In this document: positions 14,343 through 27,697 of the stretch, in pieces
Layout of the letters: the number at the start of each line of letters is the position of its first letter
Position numbering within the stretch: the stretch's first letter is position 1
DNA from: Octopus vulgaris
Taxonomy: Eukaryota
Direction: 5' to 3'
DNA: 64,000 nt
NCBI GenBank assembly: GCA_951406725.2
Contig: OX597814.1
Location: 210,986,001-211,050,000 of the forward strand
Translations under genes and position numbers: made by a program
Notes under the pieces: generated by a model
What the model was told of the DNA's origin: nothing
Seen by the model: the letters and a program-made list of their open reading frames with translations, nothing else
Databases searched by the model: none

Positions 14343-14377
<35 letters not shown>

Positions 14378-14789
14378 GGGCAACACACACACACATACAC
14401 ACGCACGTACGTACATGTTTTTTGTACGCATACACGCACGTACATACATGTTTTTTGTACGCATACATGTTTGTGTGTGCGTGTATATGTGTGTGTGCGT
14501 GTGTTGCCCGTATATCAACAATACACTTTTTTCCTCGATGGAAAAAAACAAAAGTCTTACCAACAGCCTACTCGTCAGCAGAAGGGAACTTAACTCCTGC
14601 TTGCAAACAATGGTGACTTCTCCGACTTGAAAATTGTTAAAAGTTTTGGTTGAAAATATATTTTTACTGCTACTTGCTGGTGCCTCTGCGAAAAATAAGT
14701 TTACGAAAATACAGCTAGGATCATGATGAATGTCCTCCTAAAATTGGAGCGACACACGTTCTAATTTATGGACGTGCATAAATTACATT

Positions 14790-14826
<37 letters not shown>

Positions 14827-14849
14827 CCTGCCTTTTATATATATATAGA
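14209..14849 (-). mobile_element. Non-autonomous Helitron
   Basis: Minus strand begins A|TCTATATATAT and ends with hairpin CCCGGGCAAAGCCGAG followed by CTAG|T, the canonical Helitron termini and A/T target. Confidence 0.7.
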
Positions 14850-15314
14850 TTACTTACAATTATTGAGCATCTCATATTCAAAATTAACACCCGTCAGACT
14901 CGTATTATGTCACCAATGTAATAGAACGGTTTTTATAATTTTTTTTTTTTTTTGCCTTGCTTAATATCATTCCCCAGTGCATGTTCGGATATTGGTCATA
15001 AAAGAATTTTTAATGATGTACCATGAAATTTTAATAGCCCTAATTTTAGCTTCTGCTTTTTACGTTTTCATTAGCGGTAACAAAATACAATAACATGTAC
15101 AAAAAGCTACGAGTCTTCAAGCATCTTCACATCGCACAACCAATTCCAATTCCGACGATGCCGAATAAATTCCCCTTGACCTCATCGCCACACTGGACAA
15201 GCAACTATAAAGCCACATAATCTTCAGTTCATAAGGCGAGCATGTGAAATGAAATCAGCAGGGAAAGAAAGCGCAGAGACGGAGAGAGAAGGAAAATTAA
15301 TATTCACCCATAAT

Positions 15315-15698
15315 GGAAGCACTCCGTCGGTTACGACGATGAGGGTTCGATTGATCCGAATCAACGGAACAGCCTGCTCGTGAAATTAAAGTGTAAGTGG
15401 CTGAGCACTCCACAGACACGTGCATCCTTAACGTAGTTCTCGGGGATATTCAGCGTGACACAGAGAGTGACAAGGCCGGCCCTTTGAAATACAGGTACAA
15501 CAGAAACAGGAAGTAAGAGTGAGAGAAAGTTGTGGTGAAAGAGTACAGCAGGGATCACCACCATCCCCTGCCGGAGTCTCGTGGAGCTTTTAGGTGTTTT
15601 CGCGCAATAAACACTCACAACGCCCGGTCTGGGAATCGAAACCGCGATCCTATGACCGCGAGTCCGCTGCCCTAACCACTGGGCCATTGCGCCTCCGC
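15315..15698 (-). mobile_element. SINE family A, full length (tRNA-Arg-like head, possibly octopus OR-type), 11-bp TSD
   Basis: A box TGGCCCAGTGG, B box GTTTCGATTCC, TCG anticodon-like loop; TSD tcacccataat at 15304-15314 and 15699-15709. Confidence 0.9.
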
Positions 15699-16311
15699 TC
15701 ACCCATAATAAAATCAAGCAGAATGAAGTAAGAATGGTGACGAAGAACGTAATTTTTAGAGAAAACGTATTCTCATAACATCAAGCAACAAAATTGACAT
15801 TCATAGTGGATATCAATAGACCTCAGGAAGATAATCAAAACTTATGTTGCAGGAGACAGACTTCAGCTATGGGGCGGACACAAGAAATATATTCCTTATT
15901 AGAACCAATTTCAGAGATTATGTGTTGTCATGGTTTAACCATCAGACAAAAGTTCATTTATTCTCATTTTTTTTACATCCAGCAAAATTTAACTATGTTT
16001 TTGCCATCGGGATTGAACATTAAGAGGACATTTTTCTGCAGTAATGCGAACAAAAGATTGTTAATATGGAAACGTGCCTTAGGTCGTTTTGCAGCCGTTT
16101 ACGATATTTTTCACAGATGTTATTGGTATCAGCTATATGATGAATATTTTTCTATATGTCTGGCACTTTTAAACAGTATTTTGTTGCAATAAATTTCTCT
16201 TACCATACAGTAATACTAGGCCATGTTCATATATTTACGAACATCTCTATAATTTGTTGCATACATTAATAGTTGCTGGTGTTATGGAATGTACTCTGTT
16301 TTTCTTTTTTT

Positions 16312-16348
<37 letters not shown>

Positions 16349-16374
16349 TATTATTATTATTATCATCATCATCG

Positions 16375-16478
16375 AGTGAGAGAACAGTGCATGCCATCAA
16401 AGTGACACTGGGGTAAAATATACAAAGCCCACAAAAATCCAGGCCTTGTGGTTATAGTAGAAAGGATTATTATTATTA

Positions 16479-16528
<50 letters not shown>

Positions 16529-17030
16529 GAATGAGCGCGCAATATGTGCCATCAAAGTGACACTGGGTTACAAATCTATTAAACCAAATATACACATATG
16601 GTTACATGTCTGGTAAGTGTACACCAGGCTCATGCATTACAACATTTTGTGCGCGATATGGTGATCTCATATCAAGACCAACCTTGCATGGTTTTGCAGG
16701 TGGAGCCCAGTTATCGTGTTCTTTAAGCCGAGGAGCTCATCCAGCTCAAAAGGTGTCTGAATAAGGTTTGTTTAAGGATGAATAAAACACCAATATCTCC
16801 AGGAGTGAATTACTCCAACCCCAAAGAATTCCCCTCAACACAAGGCTATGTTGCTCCCCCAGTGGTCATGCTCGTGATCAGTGAAGGTCATATTGTCAAC
16901 CACTGAGGGATATGTTCAACTGATTAAGGTCAAGCAACTGACGAGTAAATGTGTGGTATTGGGCAAAATATTTTCTGTAGCCCATCATTTATTCCAAGAA
17001 AAACATGTACATGATAACACTATTCTTATT
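16375..17030 (-). repeat. Unclassified interspersed repeat ending in a (TAA)n tail, with a short duplicated terminus
   Basis: tgccatcaaagtgacactggg occurs at ~16392 and ~16547, each directly after a (TTA)n tract. Confidence 0.45.
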
Positions 17031-17228
17031 AATATCAAGCTTTAAGGCAGTAAAACGCTTAGGGGTATTTTACTTGTCTTACATTTCTAAGTTCACATTC
17101 CGCCGAAGTCGACTTTGCCTTTCATTCTTGCGGGGTCGATAAATGATGTACTAGTGAAACACTGGGATCGATGTATTTGACTGGTATCCTCCCCACAAAT
17201 TTGAGGCCTTGTGCTTCCAGTAGACAAG

Positions 17229-17334
<106 letters not shown>

Positions 17335-17339
17335 GAAGC

Positions 17340-17750
17340 AAAAAATACAAGAGCGCCATTGTTATCAAGTGAACGATGTTTAGGTATCTACTGTACCTTC
17401 CACAGGTTCAAAAAATAAACTTGCCAATCTACTTCATTTTTGGTAATATTTTATAGGATTGAGATTACTCCACCAGTAGGTATACAGTAGGTATACAAAA
17501 CAGGACAATATCGTTCACTTGATAACAATAGTACTCTTTTTTGCCTTCTGTATACCTACTGGAGGAGTTACCTCAATCCTATAAAATATTACCAAAAATG
17601 AAGTAGATTGACAAGTTTATTTTTTCAACCTGTGGAAGGCAGACTAGATGCCGAAATAACGTTCACTTGATAAAAATGACACTCTTTTATATTGTTATTG
17701 GCTTCTGTATACCTACTGGAGGACTTACCTCAATTTTATAAAATATTATT
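17340..17750. mobile_element. ~150-bp unit, one inverted plus ~1.5 tandem copies, with hammerhead-like motifs, inside (TTA)n
   Basis: 17340-17490 is the reverse complement of ~17530-17690; cgttcacttgata recurs at 17512 and 17660; HHR-like motifs at 17370-17410 (-) and 17625-17665 (+). Confidence 0.75.
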
Positions 17751-17809
17751 ATTATTATTAATATTAATATTATTATTATTGTTGTTGTTGTTGTTGTTAT
17801 TATTGTTGA

Positions 17810-17871
<62 letters not shown>

Positions 17872-18000
17872 GTTTGACTTTTGCTTTATATTTGTACAAG
17901 TTGGCTCCAAGTCTCACCCAGAGACCTCAAGAGACAACAGGTTGGAAGTTCACGTTGTTCTTCTTCTTATTATTATTTATTATTATTATTGTTCTTGTTG

Positions 18001-18073
<73 letters not shown>

Positions 18074-18104
18074 CATCATCATTATTATTATTATTATTAT
18101 TATT

Positions 18105-18408
18105 GAAGGCGGAGGTATTGTTTTCAGTTGTGTCCATGGACAAGATATCAAAAGAACAGCTGGATGTATTCAAATAAAAATTTCAGGGATGTTTGACCTT
18201 GTGACACGGATTCTGGCATATTTTTCCTTTTTTCCTTTTTTTTTATTACTTAATTTTTGAGAGCGGTCTGGGTCCTTTTTTGGTATTCTAGTTTGTGAGA
18301 GCATTCGAGTTTATTTCAGATATTCTCATTTAAAAAATTATCTCTGGCTAATCGTTGAGAGGACGTTGGTGTTGCCTTAGCGGAGGTTTGCGCTCTCGAA
18401 GTGGTCTT
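18105..18408 (+). mobile_element. Probable Helentron-associated non-autonomous element
   Basis: Starts ggcggaggtattgttttc and ends ccttagcggaggtttgcgctctc..agtg, resembling HINE-type termini (from memory). Confidence 0.4.
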
Positions 18409-18430
18409 ACTATCATCATTATTATTATTA

Positions 18431-18464
<34 letters not shown>

Positions 18465-18472
18465 GATTATTA

Positions 18473-18835
18473 TAGGTGGTGAGCTGGCAGAAGCATTAGC
18501 GCTCTGGACGAAATGCTTAGCGGTATTTCGCCCCTCACTACGTCCTGAGTTCAAATTCCGCCGAGGTCAGATTTACTTTTCACCCTTTCGGGGTCAATAA
18601 AAGAAGTACCAATTGAACGCTGGAGTCTATGTAATCGACTGACCCCCTTCCCCAAAATTGCTGTCCTTGTTGCAAAATTTGAAACTATTATTATTAATAA
18701 GGTGGCGAGCTGGCAGAATCGTTAGCACGCTGGACGAAATGCTTAGAGGTATTTTGCCCGTCGCTACGTCCTGAGTTCAAATTCTGCTGAGGTTGACTTT
18801 ACTTTTCATCATTTTGGGGTTCGATAAATTAAGAA
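18473..18835 (+). mobile_element. Two tandem diverged SINE family B copies
   Basis: Both begin ggtggYgagctggcagaa and contain ctgagttcaaatt and the tttcaYc..tt.ggggt block. Confidence 0.85.
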
Positions 18836-19779
18836 CTAATTCAACCACTACAACCACCACTATGCAGCAAAGTCCATATTTGTATCACCTTGAAAGTTTT
18901 CTGTGACAAGTAACACAAGCTTTTGTGTTGTATGCGACTAAAATATGTGAAGACAAAATCATATTCAACATGAAAATATATGATCGGCAAAAAGTGCATT
19001 AGTCATTATTAGCCGAATTTGGAAGATAAATCAGTATGATGATGCTTTATATAAATATTTATGAAAATGAAGATTTATAGAAAAGCAACGACAGAAAAAA
19101 TAGCTCCAGGGCCATATTCATATTTATGTGTTTGTAATAAGTGACTATATTTGATACATCGTACAACCGTTATGATTTCTTCTATGTTTTCGTCTAATAT
19201 GTTGTCCGTGCTTACATTTACAGAAATGAAATTGCTACTGGATTACTATAAATCCCCATATTAGCATTATTTGTTTCTTTATCGAGTATACATTTTCCGA
19301 AATGGCTCGTAGACATACAATTTATAACTGCTTTGTGGTGATATTGTATTCAGGCATTGACAAGTAGACAATGTTCGTGATAATAATCAAATATATTTGG
19401 GTGGGGGCAATATAAGACACCATATGCCCAAACAACTTTGCAACGATAATTTCAAGAAAGCTATTGCGGACCAGATATTTTCATCATTTAACCATCAGGC
19501 ACTTGTCATCGTTTTATTTAATAACCTAGGCTTTTATTCCATGACAAACTTATCATAGATAATAATTTAAAGTTTTGTAGGTTGCTGGGTAACGTGCTAT
19601 CCACCTCACTTCTCATTCCTTTATACAATTATTTCGTTTACAACTGAGCGTCTATAAATATGTGTTAATGACTTTTCGAAAAGTAATATAATAGCATAAC
19701 TAACACTGGTTTATTCAAGTATGCGACCCGGTATCTATTCCTATTTATTGTGATTTCCCTATGAAGTTACACTATGAAG

Positions 19780-20197
19780 AGGCGCAGGAGTGGCTGTGTG
19801 GTAAGTAGCTTGCTAACCAACCACATGGTTCCGGGTTCAGTCTCACTGCGTGGCATCTTGGGCAAGTGTCTTCTGCTATAGCCCCGGGCCGACCAATGCC
19901 TTGTGAGTGGATTTGGTAGACGGAAACTGAAAGAAGCCTGTCGTATATATGTATATATATATATATGTATGTATGTGTGTGTGTCTGTGTCTGTGTCTGT
20001 CCCCCTAGCATTGCTTGACAACCGATGCTGGTGTGTTTGCGTCCCCGTCACTTAGCGGTTCGGCAAAAGTGACCGATAGAATAAGTACTGGGCTTACAAA
20101 AGAATAAGTCCCGGGGTCGATTTGCTCGACTAAAAGGCGGTACTCCAGCATGGCCGCAGTCAAATGACTGAAACAAGTAAAAGAGTAAAAGAGAGAG
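19780..20197 (+). mobile_element. SINE family C, full length, with internal (TA)/(TG) microsatellite
   Basis: Head TGGCTGTGTGG / GGTTCAGTC; tail ccagcatggccgcagtcaaatgactgaaacaagtaaaagag; partial copies at ~21752-22010, 23100-23320, 35420-35750, 60845-61357. Confidence 0.88.
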
Positions 20198-20734
20198 TAT
20201 TCCCATTTTATGAATAAATCTGGCCTTCAAAAGGAAACATGTGAGAAACGTTGCATCATTGCTTAATGGTTGCAATAAATAGACGTGATATCATACTTAA
20301 CATAAGTATAAACTGTTCAGGTAAGATACCGTAAACTTAATCCAGGTAAAATGTTATGTACATGTGTTAAAAATAACGTCTATCGGAGAGAGAAAAGAAA
20401 TCGACGCCACTGAGAATAAAGAGAACATCAGATTCATTTCAATCTCGTTCGAAGGTGACTAAAACGTTTGCGTACAACTATATGCCTGTACAGAGGATAT
20501 TATCTAATATATCCGGAGGTGGTAGTAATATTGTTATAGATATTGCAAATAGTTGCCGAGCTGCATAAAAAGTTTATATATACGAGACAGCCTGGGGACC
20601 ACTCGTAATATCGCTGAATATATAGGTCCTTATTTTATATATAGCAGGTGGCATATTTCCTCTGGTAATGCAGCTACATGTGTTAGTGAGTAGTGCAGGT
20701 ATTCTACAAGCCCAGAATGATTTTTCGTCTCCTA

Positions 20735-20794
<60 letters not shown>

Positions 20795-20811
20795 TATTTA
20801 TATATATTTTT

Positions 20812-21112
<301 letters not shown>

Positions 21113-21714
21113 TTTATCAACGCATCACGTTTGGAAGAAATATTATCGAGGATGAACTCCGCAGAGCTGTATCTTGCTTGTTAGCGGTGTCTGTCTTAAT
21201 TTAATATTTCGCTCTGCAAGCGCAAGAGTGTAAGAGCTTTTATATGAAAATATATGCGTATGAAATGTACTAATATCATAGAAAGTAATTAAATTTGTAA
21301 ATTTATGTAGACTTTTATTATCCCTCGTACGCTTTTAAATATTTTTTCCTAATACTTTTTGTTTTCATATCTATAATTCTCATTTATCTATAATTCATTA
21401 TCATTGTCAGATATATAATTCTCTATAAATTTTATTTCTGTCTCTGTACGTCTTGAATGTTAAGTGAAATTCACATTTTCTTTTGCTTCAGGTATTTTAA
21501 CGTACATTAAAACCGTATATTATTTGCCATGTTGTATTAAACAGAGCAATTCGATTGACCATGAATAAGCGATTCCTTTCAATAACCTATACATTCCATG
21601 GGACCACATACAGAGCATACATTAGTATATATAGGTTAGCCTATTTTTCTATGTTAGAATCCGCTTCTCACACTCTCTGTACCCATATATACGCATATAG
21701 TTGTTTATGTATAC

Positions 21715-21751
<37 letters not shown>

Positions 21752-21752
<1 letters not shown>

Positions 21753-22010
21753 TTTCATTCTTTTACTTGTTTCACTCATTTGACCAGCGGCCAGGCTGGA
21801 ATATCGACCTTTTAGTTGAACTAATCGATCCAGGACTTATTCTTTGTAAACCTGTTACTTATTCTGTCGGTCTCTTTTGCCGACGGACATCTTTCAGTTT
21901 CCATCTACCAAATCCACTAACAAAGTTTTGGTCGGCCTGCGAGTATAGTAAAAGACAATATCCGAAGGTATCACGCAGTGAGACAGAACATGGAACTACG
22001 TGCTTGGGGA
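21752..22010 (-). mobile_element. SINE family C, diverged and internally deleted
   Basis: Reverse-complement similarity to 19780-20197. Confidence 0.75.
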
Positions 22011-22547
22011 TGAGGGAATAATTTTATTGCATCAATGATTTATATTGTTTGTTATTTCTAATATTCGTATTTGTCTAAGTTGTCATATGAAAGACAGTGA
22101 CTGCTATGTAATTTTTGTAGGTCATTCTTTTTTTAACTTACGTAAATTACGTTGTAATTAAATGTTTTCAACTTTACTTCGTATGTTTGTGTCTATGACC
22201 CTTGGGCTTATGGAGATAGTTTAGAAGAAATGTCTTATTGATGAAGTATATCGAGTCAGAAATATGTATTCTCCAGTGATTTCATATTCTTATCTCAAGA
22301 TAACAAACCTGTCCCTTTCTTTAAATGTATCTCAACTTTGAGAATTCTAGAGGGGATCGATCATTACGTCTTCATATGTGGCGCTCGCTGTTCATATTAT
22401 CTGTTTAGTAATTGTGAAATATATTGTGCCTGCTGAGGGTATTTCAATGAATCAAGAATTTATTTTATATTGCTTTTGACATGCCTGTATTTGTCTATAT
22501 TGTTCATATATTTGGCAGAGTAAATCTGAGGTTAATACATACAGGCA

Positions 22548-22765
22548 TTGAGGCGGCCAGCAAACAGAATCGTTAGCACGCCGCGCGAAGTGCTTAGTGG
22601 TATTTCGTCAGTTTTTACGTTCGGAATTCAAATTCCGCTGAGGTCGAATTTGCCTTCCATCATTTCGGGATCGATAAATAAAGTACCCGTTGCTTACAGG
22701 TGTCGATCTAATCGAGTGGCTACCTCCTCCCAAATTTTGGACCTTCTGCTTTGAGTAGAAAAGAA
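22548..22765 (+). mobile_element. SINE family B, diverged
   Basis: cagaatcgttagcacgccg...tcgataaataaagtacc. Confidence 0.8.
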
Positions 22766-22838
22766 TATATACATATATAACGTGAGAGTGTTACCCAATG
22801 GGTGTCTGTGCATTTGTCAGGAAGCGTAGCAACATTAT

Positions 22839-22884
<46 letters not shown>

Positions 22885-22899
22885 TATATAGAAGGAGCT

Positions 22900-22965
22900 T
22901 CTACAGGACTAGTACTGTTTCATTCAAGAGAAATCTTCAGGAAATGACAGTACTAGTCCTGTAGA
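22900..22965. repeat. 19-bp perfect inverted repeat enclosing a hammerhead-core-like spacer
   Basis: tctacaggactagtactgt (22900-22918) / acagtactagtcctgtaga (22947-22965). Confidence 0.8.
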
Positions 22966-23005
22966 TGCTTACTTACTGTGGTTAACCCCGAATCAACCCG
23001 GGACC

Positions 23006-23088
<83 letters not shown>

Positions 23089-23099
23089 CTGTGTGTGTA

Positions 23100-23320
23100 T
23101 ATGTGTGTGCGTGTGTCTGTGTGTTCTTCCCCCTCATCACTTGGCAACAGGTCTTCATTTGTATATCTCCCCGTAGCTTAACGGTTTGGCAAAAGATTTC
23201 CATAAAATAAGTGTTAGGCTTTAAAAGTCCTGGGTTCAATTTGTTTGACTAAAACCTATTTAAGGCCATGCTCCAGCATGGCTGCAGTTAAATGATTGAA
23301 AGAAGTAAAAGATAAAAGAA
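23100..23320 (+). mobile_element. SINE family C 3' half
   Basis: Similarity to ~19990-20197. Confidence 0.75.
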
Positions 23321-23614
23321 AAAAAAAAAATATATATATATATACTTTTTCTATTCCAATCTAACCATCTACATTCGTACACAAACGTGTTTGTTTCACA
23401 CACTTGCCCTACAAAAAAGCAATGTTCTTACATTTCGAGGTTCTCTAAGCACAAATTCTAAACAGAGAGTACTTATCACATGAAAACACCGCAACCTTCC
23501 GTATACCTGCCATAAACATTCTATGTTTTCGATAACAATGACCGTGAATAATCTACATGCTATTCAACCTTATTCAAACAAATATCCACGAAGACAGACA
23601 CGTACTACGATCTA

Positions 23615-23692
<78 letters not shown>

Positions 23693-24706
23693 TACGTAGA
23701 GATAATGAAGATTTCAGTTTCTTAAGCGTCTATTGAAAACTACTCGAGAAAGAGAAATAATGAAATCAGAGACTATAGGAATTTAGAAAGATTATTGTGT
23801 ACGTGGGTATTGAATCCTTCCATCAGTATGTTTTGGTTTGCTTTTTATTTAATAAGAAGTTGATGTTTATCCTTATCTGTCTCCCTCATAAACACGCATG
23901 TAGATATACGCAAATATACTCATAGACACAGATAGACACACACAAATATACGCATATATAAACACATATACGCACAGATACATACATATATAAGCATGCG
24001 TGTATCATTCATATATATATATATATATATATATATGAATATGTATATATGAATATGTATATATATATAGAGAGAGAGGGAGAGATATATAGATATATAC
24101 ATATATATATAAATATGTTTGTTATCATATACGTCTGGCTGCTGTACAAGTATAGAAACCAATTTTATAGAAATTGCTTCCTTCCCATTCCCACATGATG
24201 TATTTATTTATCATAAGACACAGAAAAATGCGTTAACAAAAGACTATATTATGCTGTTCATGAATGATAGGAGTGCGTGCGAAAATTCCAATAGTATTAA
24301 ATTTTTTTTTTATTGACTAATTCTACTAACCAACTTAGGTGTATACAATAGCATATTCAAACATTGCCATTCATTGCATACAGTATATATTTCCTTGAAA
24401 TGCCCAAATTATCAAAAGAAAAAGATAGAATAGGGACAATATACACAGATAAGGTGTTCAGAATTTTCGTTGCGAGTAGCATTGAAGTACTTAGGCCTAT
24501 AAAATAATTCACGTAGAAGCGTTAGTTTATGAATTGATTATAATACACTGTGATATCATCAATGGCTTTCATTTAGAATTACTATTTTATGCACATATAC
24601 TTACAAAGCATATAAAAGATATAGATATATATAGATGCACGTACTTTATAAATAGGCAAAGACGTATATGTGTATGTATATATACATATATATATATGCA
24701 TATAAA

Positions 24707-24773
<67 letters not shown>

Positions 24774-27534
24774 GCAAACACACACACATATATATATACA
24801 TGTAACCTCCCTCCAGATATATCTATATATGTATATATATACATGTTGTTATATGAATGCGTTAGCGAGTTGTTTGTGCCTAAAATATAACGCTGTACTA
24901 TGTTCGACTATTACCCATCAAAATACGTTCAGAGATTTCATAGATTTCAAGCTTTTTACAGGTCACAGCTGATTAGTTACAAGTGTGATACGATTTGTTT
25001 CAGGTATGATTCTGCCTAAAACAACACAGATATAGGTTCCTTTGCACTATGTATCGAAGTAGTAATAACAGGTTTATTCTATCCGTCAGTATTTCAATGC
25101 CTTATACTAATTCTGTATCTAGCAAAATGAGCAGCGCTCAAAGCTAAAACGTTGTTGATGATATATAGTTCTAAAATTAGATGGGTAAGAAGATAAACAG
25201 GAACAAAACCTATTTCAGAATTATTTTCCACGGAAGCGTACATTTTTATATAACTAATCGTTTGTACATTGGGCAGATGGTTTGAAATTTTAGACTTGTG
25301 TTCAACTCGATTACATCTAAGCTAGCGTTCGACTTTAATCTACTCGAAAAGAATCAAAGGCAAAGTCAACCGCAATGGAATTTGATCTCAAAATGTGAAG
25401 ACGATAAAAATACCGCTAAGCAAGTTGTCTTCTGTGAAAATGTTTTATGAAAATGTTTTATAAAAACTGATATAAATAGTGTTGTCTGCTTATTACTAAT
25501 TTTCAACATTTTCAACACTATCATAAAAGTAAATAATGACGTGATACGTTTCTAAAGATGAATCCATCACGATTAGATTTTCTTGAGATTTGAATTTTAC
25601 ACTATACATTATTTTTCACTTGCTCAATAGCATCTCGAGGAAGAAAAGACTGCACATACTGTATCAGATATCGCATTCGTTTGAGCAAGTATAGAACCAT
25701 TTCTATAAATGTTAAGTAATGAGCTTTTTTAATAGTATACACAGGATTTTTTTCATGTTCAGGTTATTTTGATCCTTCAAAGTTTATTGCCCCTTAAACA
25801 TAATTGCGTCAATAATACTTTTTTATGGGCGAGTCTGTGCTACATTTGTTCCTATTTTGTAGCTATTCTAGCTCTACAGATAGAACATTATACCTTTAAA
25901 TTACACGATGCCCAGAAAATTTCACATTAATTATATACTGATGCGCATGCGTTCGAAAGTTATAATCTAATATTTCTTCAACAGAGCACCCACTTTACAT
26001 ACATATGACAAATAATATTCAGTCATATATCAATATATTACGAAATCTATTTAATAGTTATCCGATAAATACATTATTCAAGCGAAAATTGTTTTCAGTG
26101 TTTCCTATAATAACATTAAATCTAAGATATAATCGAAGCATTCTATTTAATTATCGCCGCTACACTGTTAGATGATGTTTTGGCGAATACTAAGGTAATA
26201 ACTAAAATTCAAAATCAAAATATGGTACATCTAATTCATCAACAGAACATATTTAGTAGTAAGTAAATAATTTTCGACCGAATACCAAAATAGCCCTATG
26301 TGATTTGATGAAGGCTACAGTCGTAATTGGAACTGGCTTCACCATTCGCGGAAATAAAAATTTGTAACTACGGTCAGCTGAACATAGATTAAGTTTCTGT
26401 TTAGCAGTAAAATCAAACATGTCATTAAGGATAATAATTTTCAAATATAATTTACATTTATGATTTACAAAGTGAGTTAAATTATTTTCATGGTTTTATT
26501 GAACTATAATCCGTAGTATTATATTTGAATCTATTACATCTCAATCACAGATTTTTCAATTATTTTTTTTTTTAAATAAACAGTTTGAAACTTCGAATAC
26601 TGGTAGAATTTCTCACGTAGAATACGTTTTAACGTAAACGTTTTTGGCAAAATTTCTTATTTTAAAAGTTATTTCGTGTTAAAGTTGTCGTATTTGGGTA
26701 ATTTCAACCAGTCACCGACATGTATTCGGAAGAAGAAAGCTACTACTGCTTCCAATAGTAATCGAAGAGGAACAATTTCCGGGTCATTTCTACTAAAAGT
26801 CACCACTCTGTTCTATCCGTCACCTTTATCCTTCTTTCCTTTCTAGTCAGCACCGTGCATTCCTTACTCTTTTCTTCCCTTATACACTATCAACTAGCAA
26901 CCAGCAAGCGAACTTGCTACTGCTACTACAATTACGTATTTCCGGTGTATAAGCAGCTATTTGTTTTGTTTTTTTTTTACCTTCAAGTTTTGATAGTGTT
27001 TTTTTTAAACCTAATAAAGACTTTTATAGTTATTTCTTTATGGCCCACAGTGGGCTAAACATAGAGGGGACAAACAAGACAGACATACAAGTTGAAACTT
27101 GTATTTGCCGCTCTATTTAAATATGCCCCAAATACAGCATTGAAAATCTAACCCCAATAAATCTATACTAAATAGTGTTGTCTCCGCAAATGAATCCCAC
27201 TTACGAATGACTTTCCTTTCAAAATAACATACATCCCTTACACTATACTCAACCGTTTGCTTGAGCAATTAAGTCGTCACATTTATTTCGCATAATATCA
27301 TTAGTTATAATAACATTATTACTAATGACAATAATTACCCGTTTAATTATCTCTTGCACAGATGTTTACGTATCGGATGTATGCTGCATGCAATCTATTC
27401 AATAAAGAATAAGTGATTCAGAAAACCTCTTAGCAAACAGCATAAGGCCTGTTGATAAAAAGTAACACATTGAAAATGAGAACTAAAGTCGGTATAATTA
27501 AATAATCAGTTCAAAGCATAACATATACAATATT

Positions 27535-27575
<41 letters not shown>

Positions 27576-27639
27576 TACACACACACACACACTCACTCTC
27601 TGCATATATTTATTATCATTATCATCATCATCATCATCA

Positions 27640-27697
<58 letters not shown>

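Noticed and set aside
15794-16192. 132-aa ORF
   Set aside because: TTG start, no recognisable motifs or convincing splice context.
21470-25010. Plus-strand AG|GT sites at ~21491 and ~25003
   Set aside because: Weaker donor or polypyrimidine tract than the 9042 site; expected by chance in AT-rich DNA.
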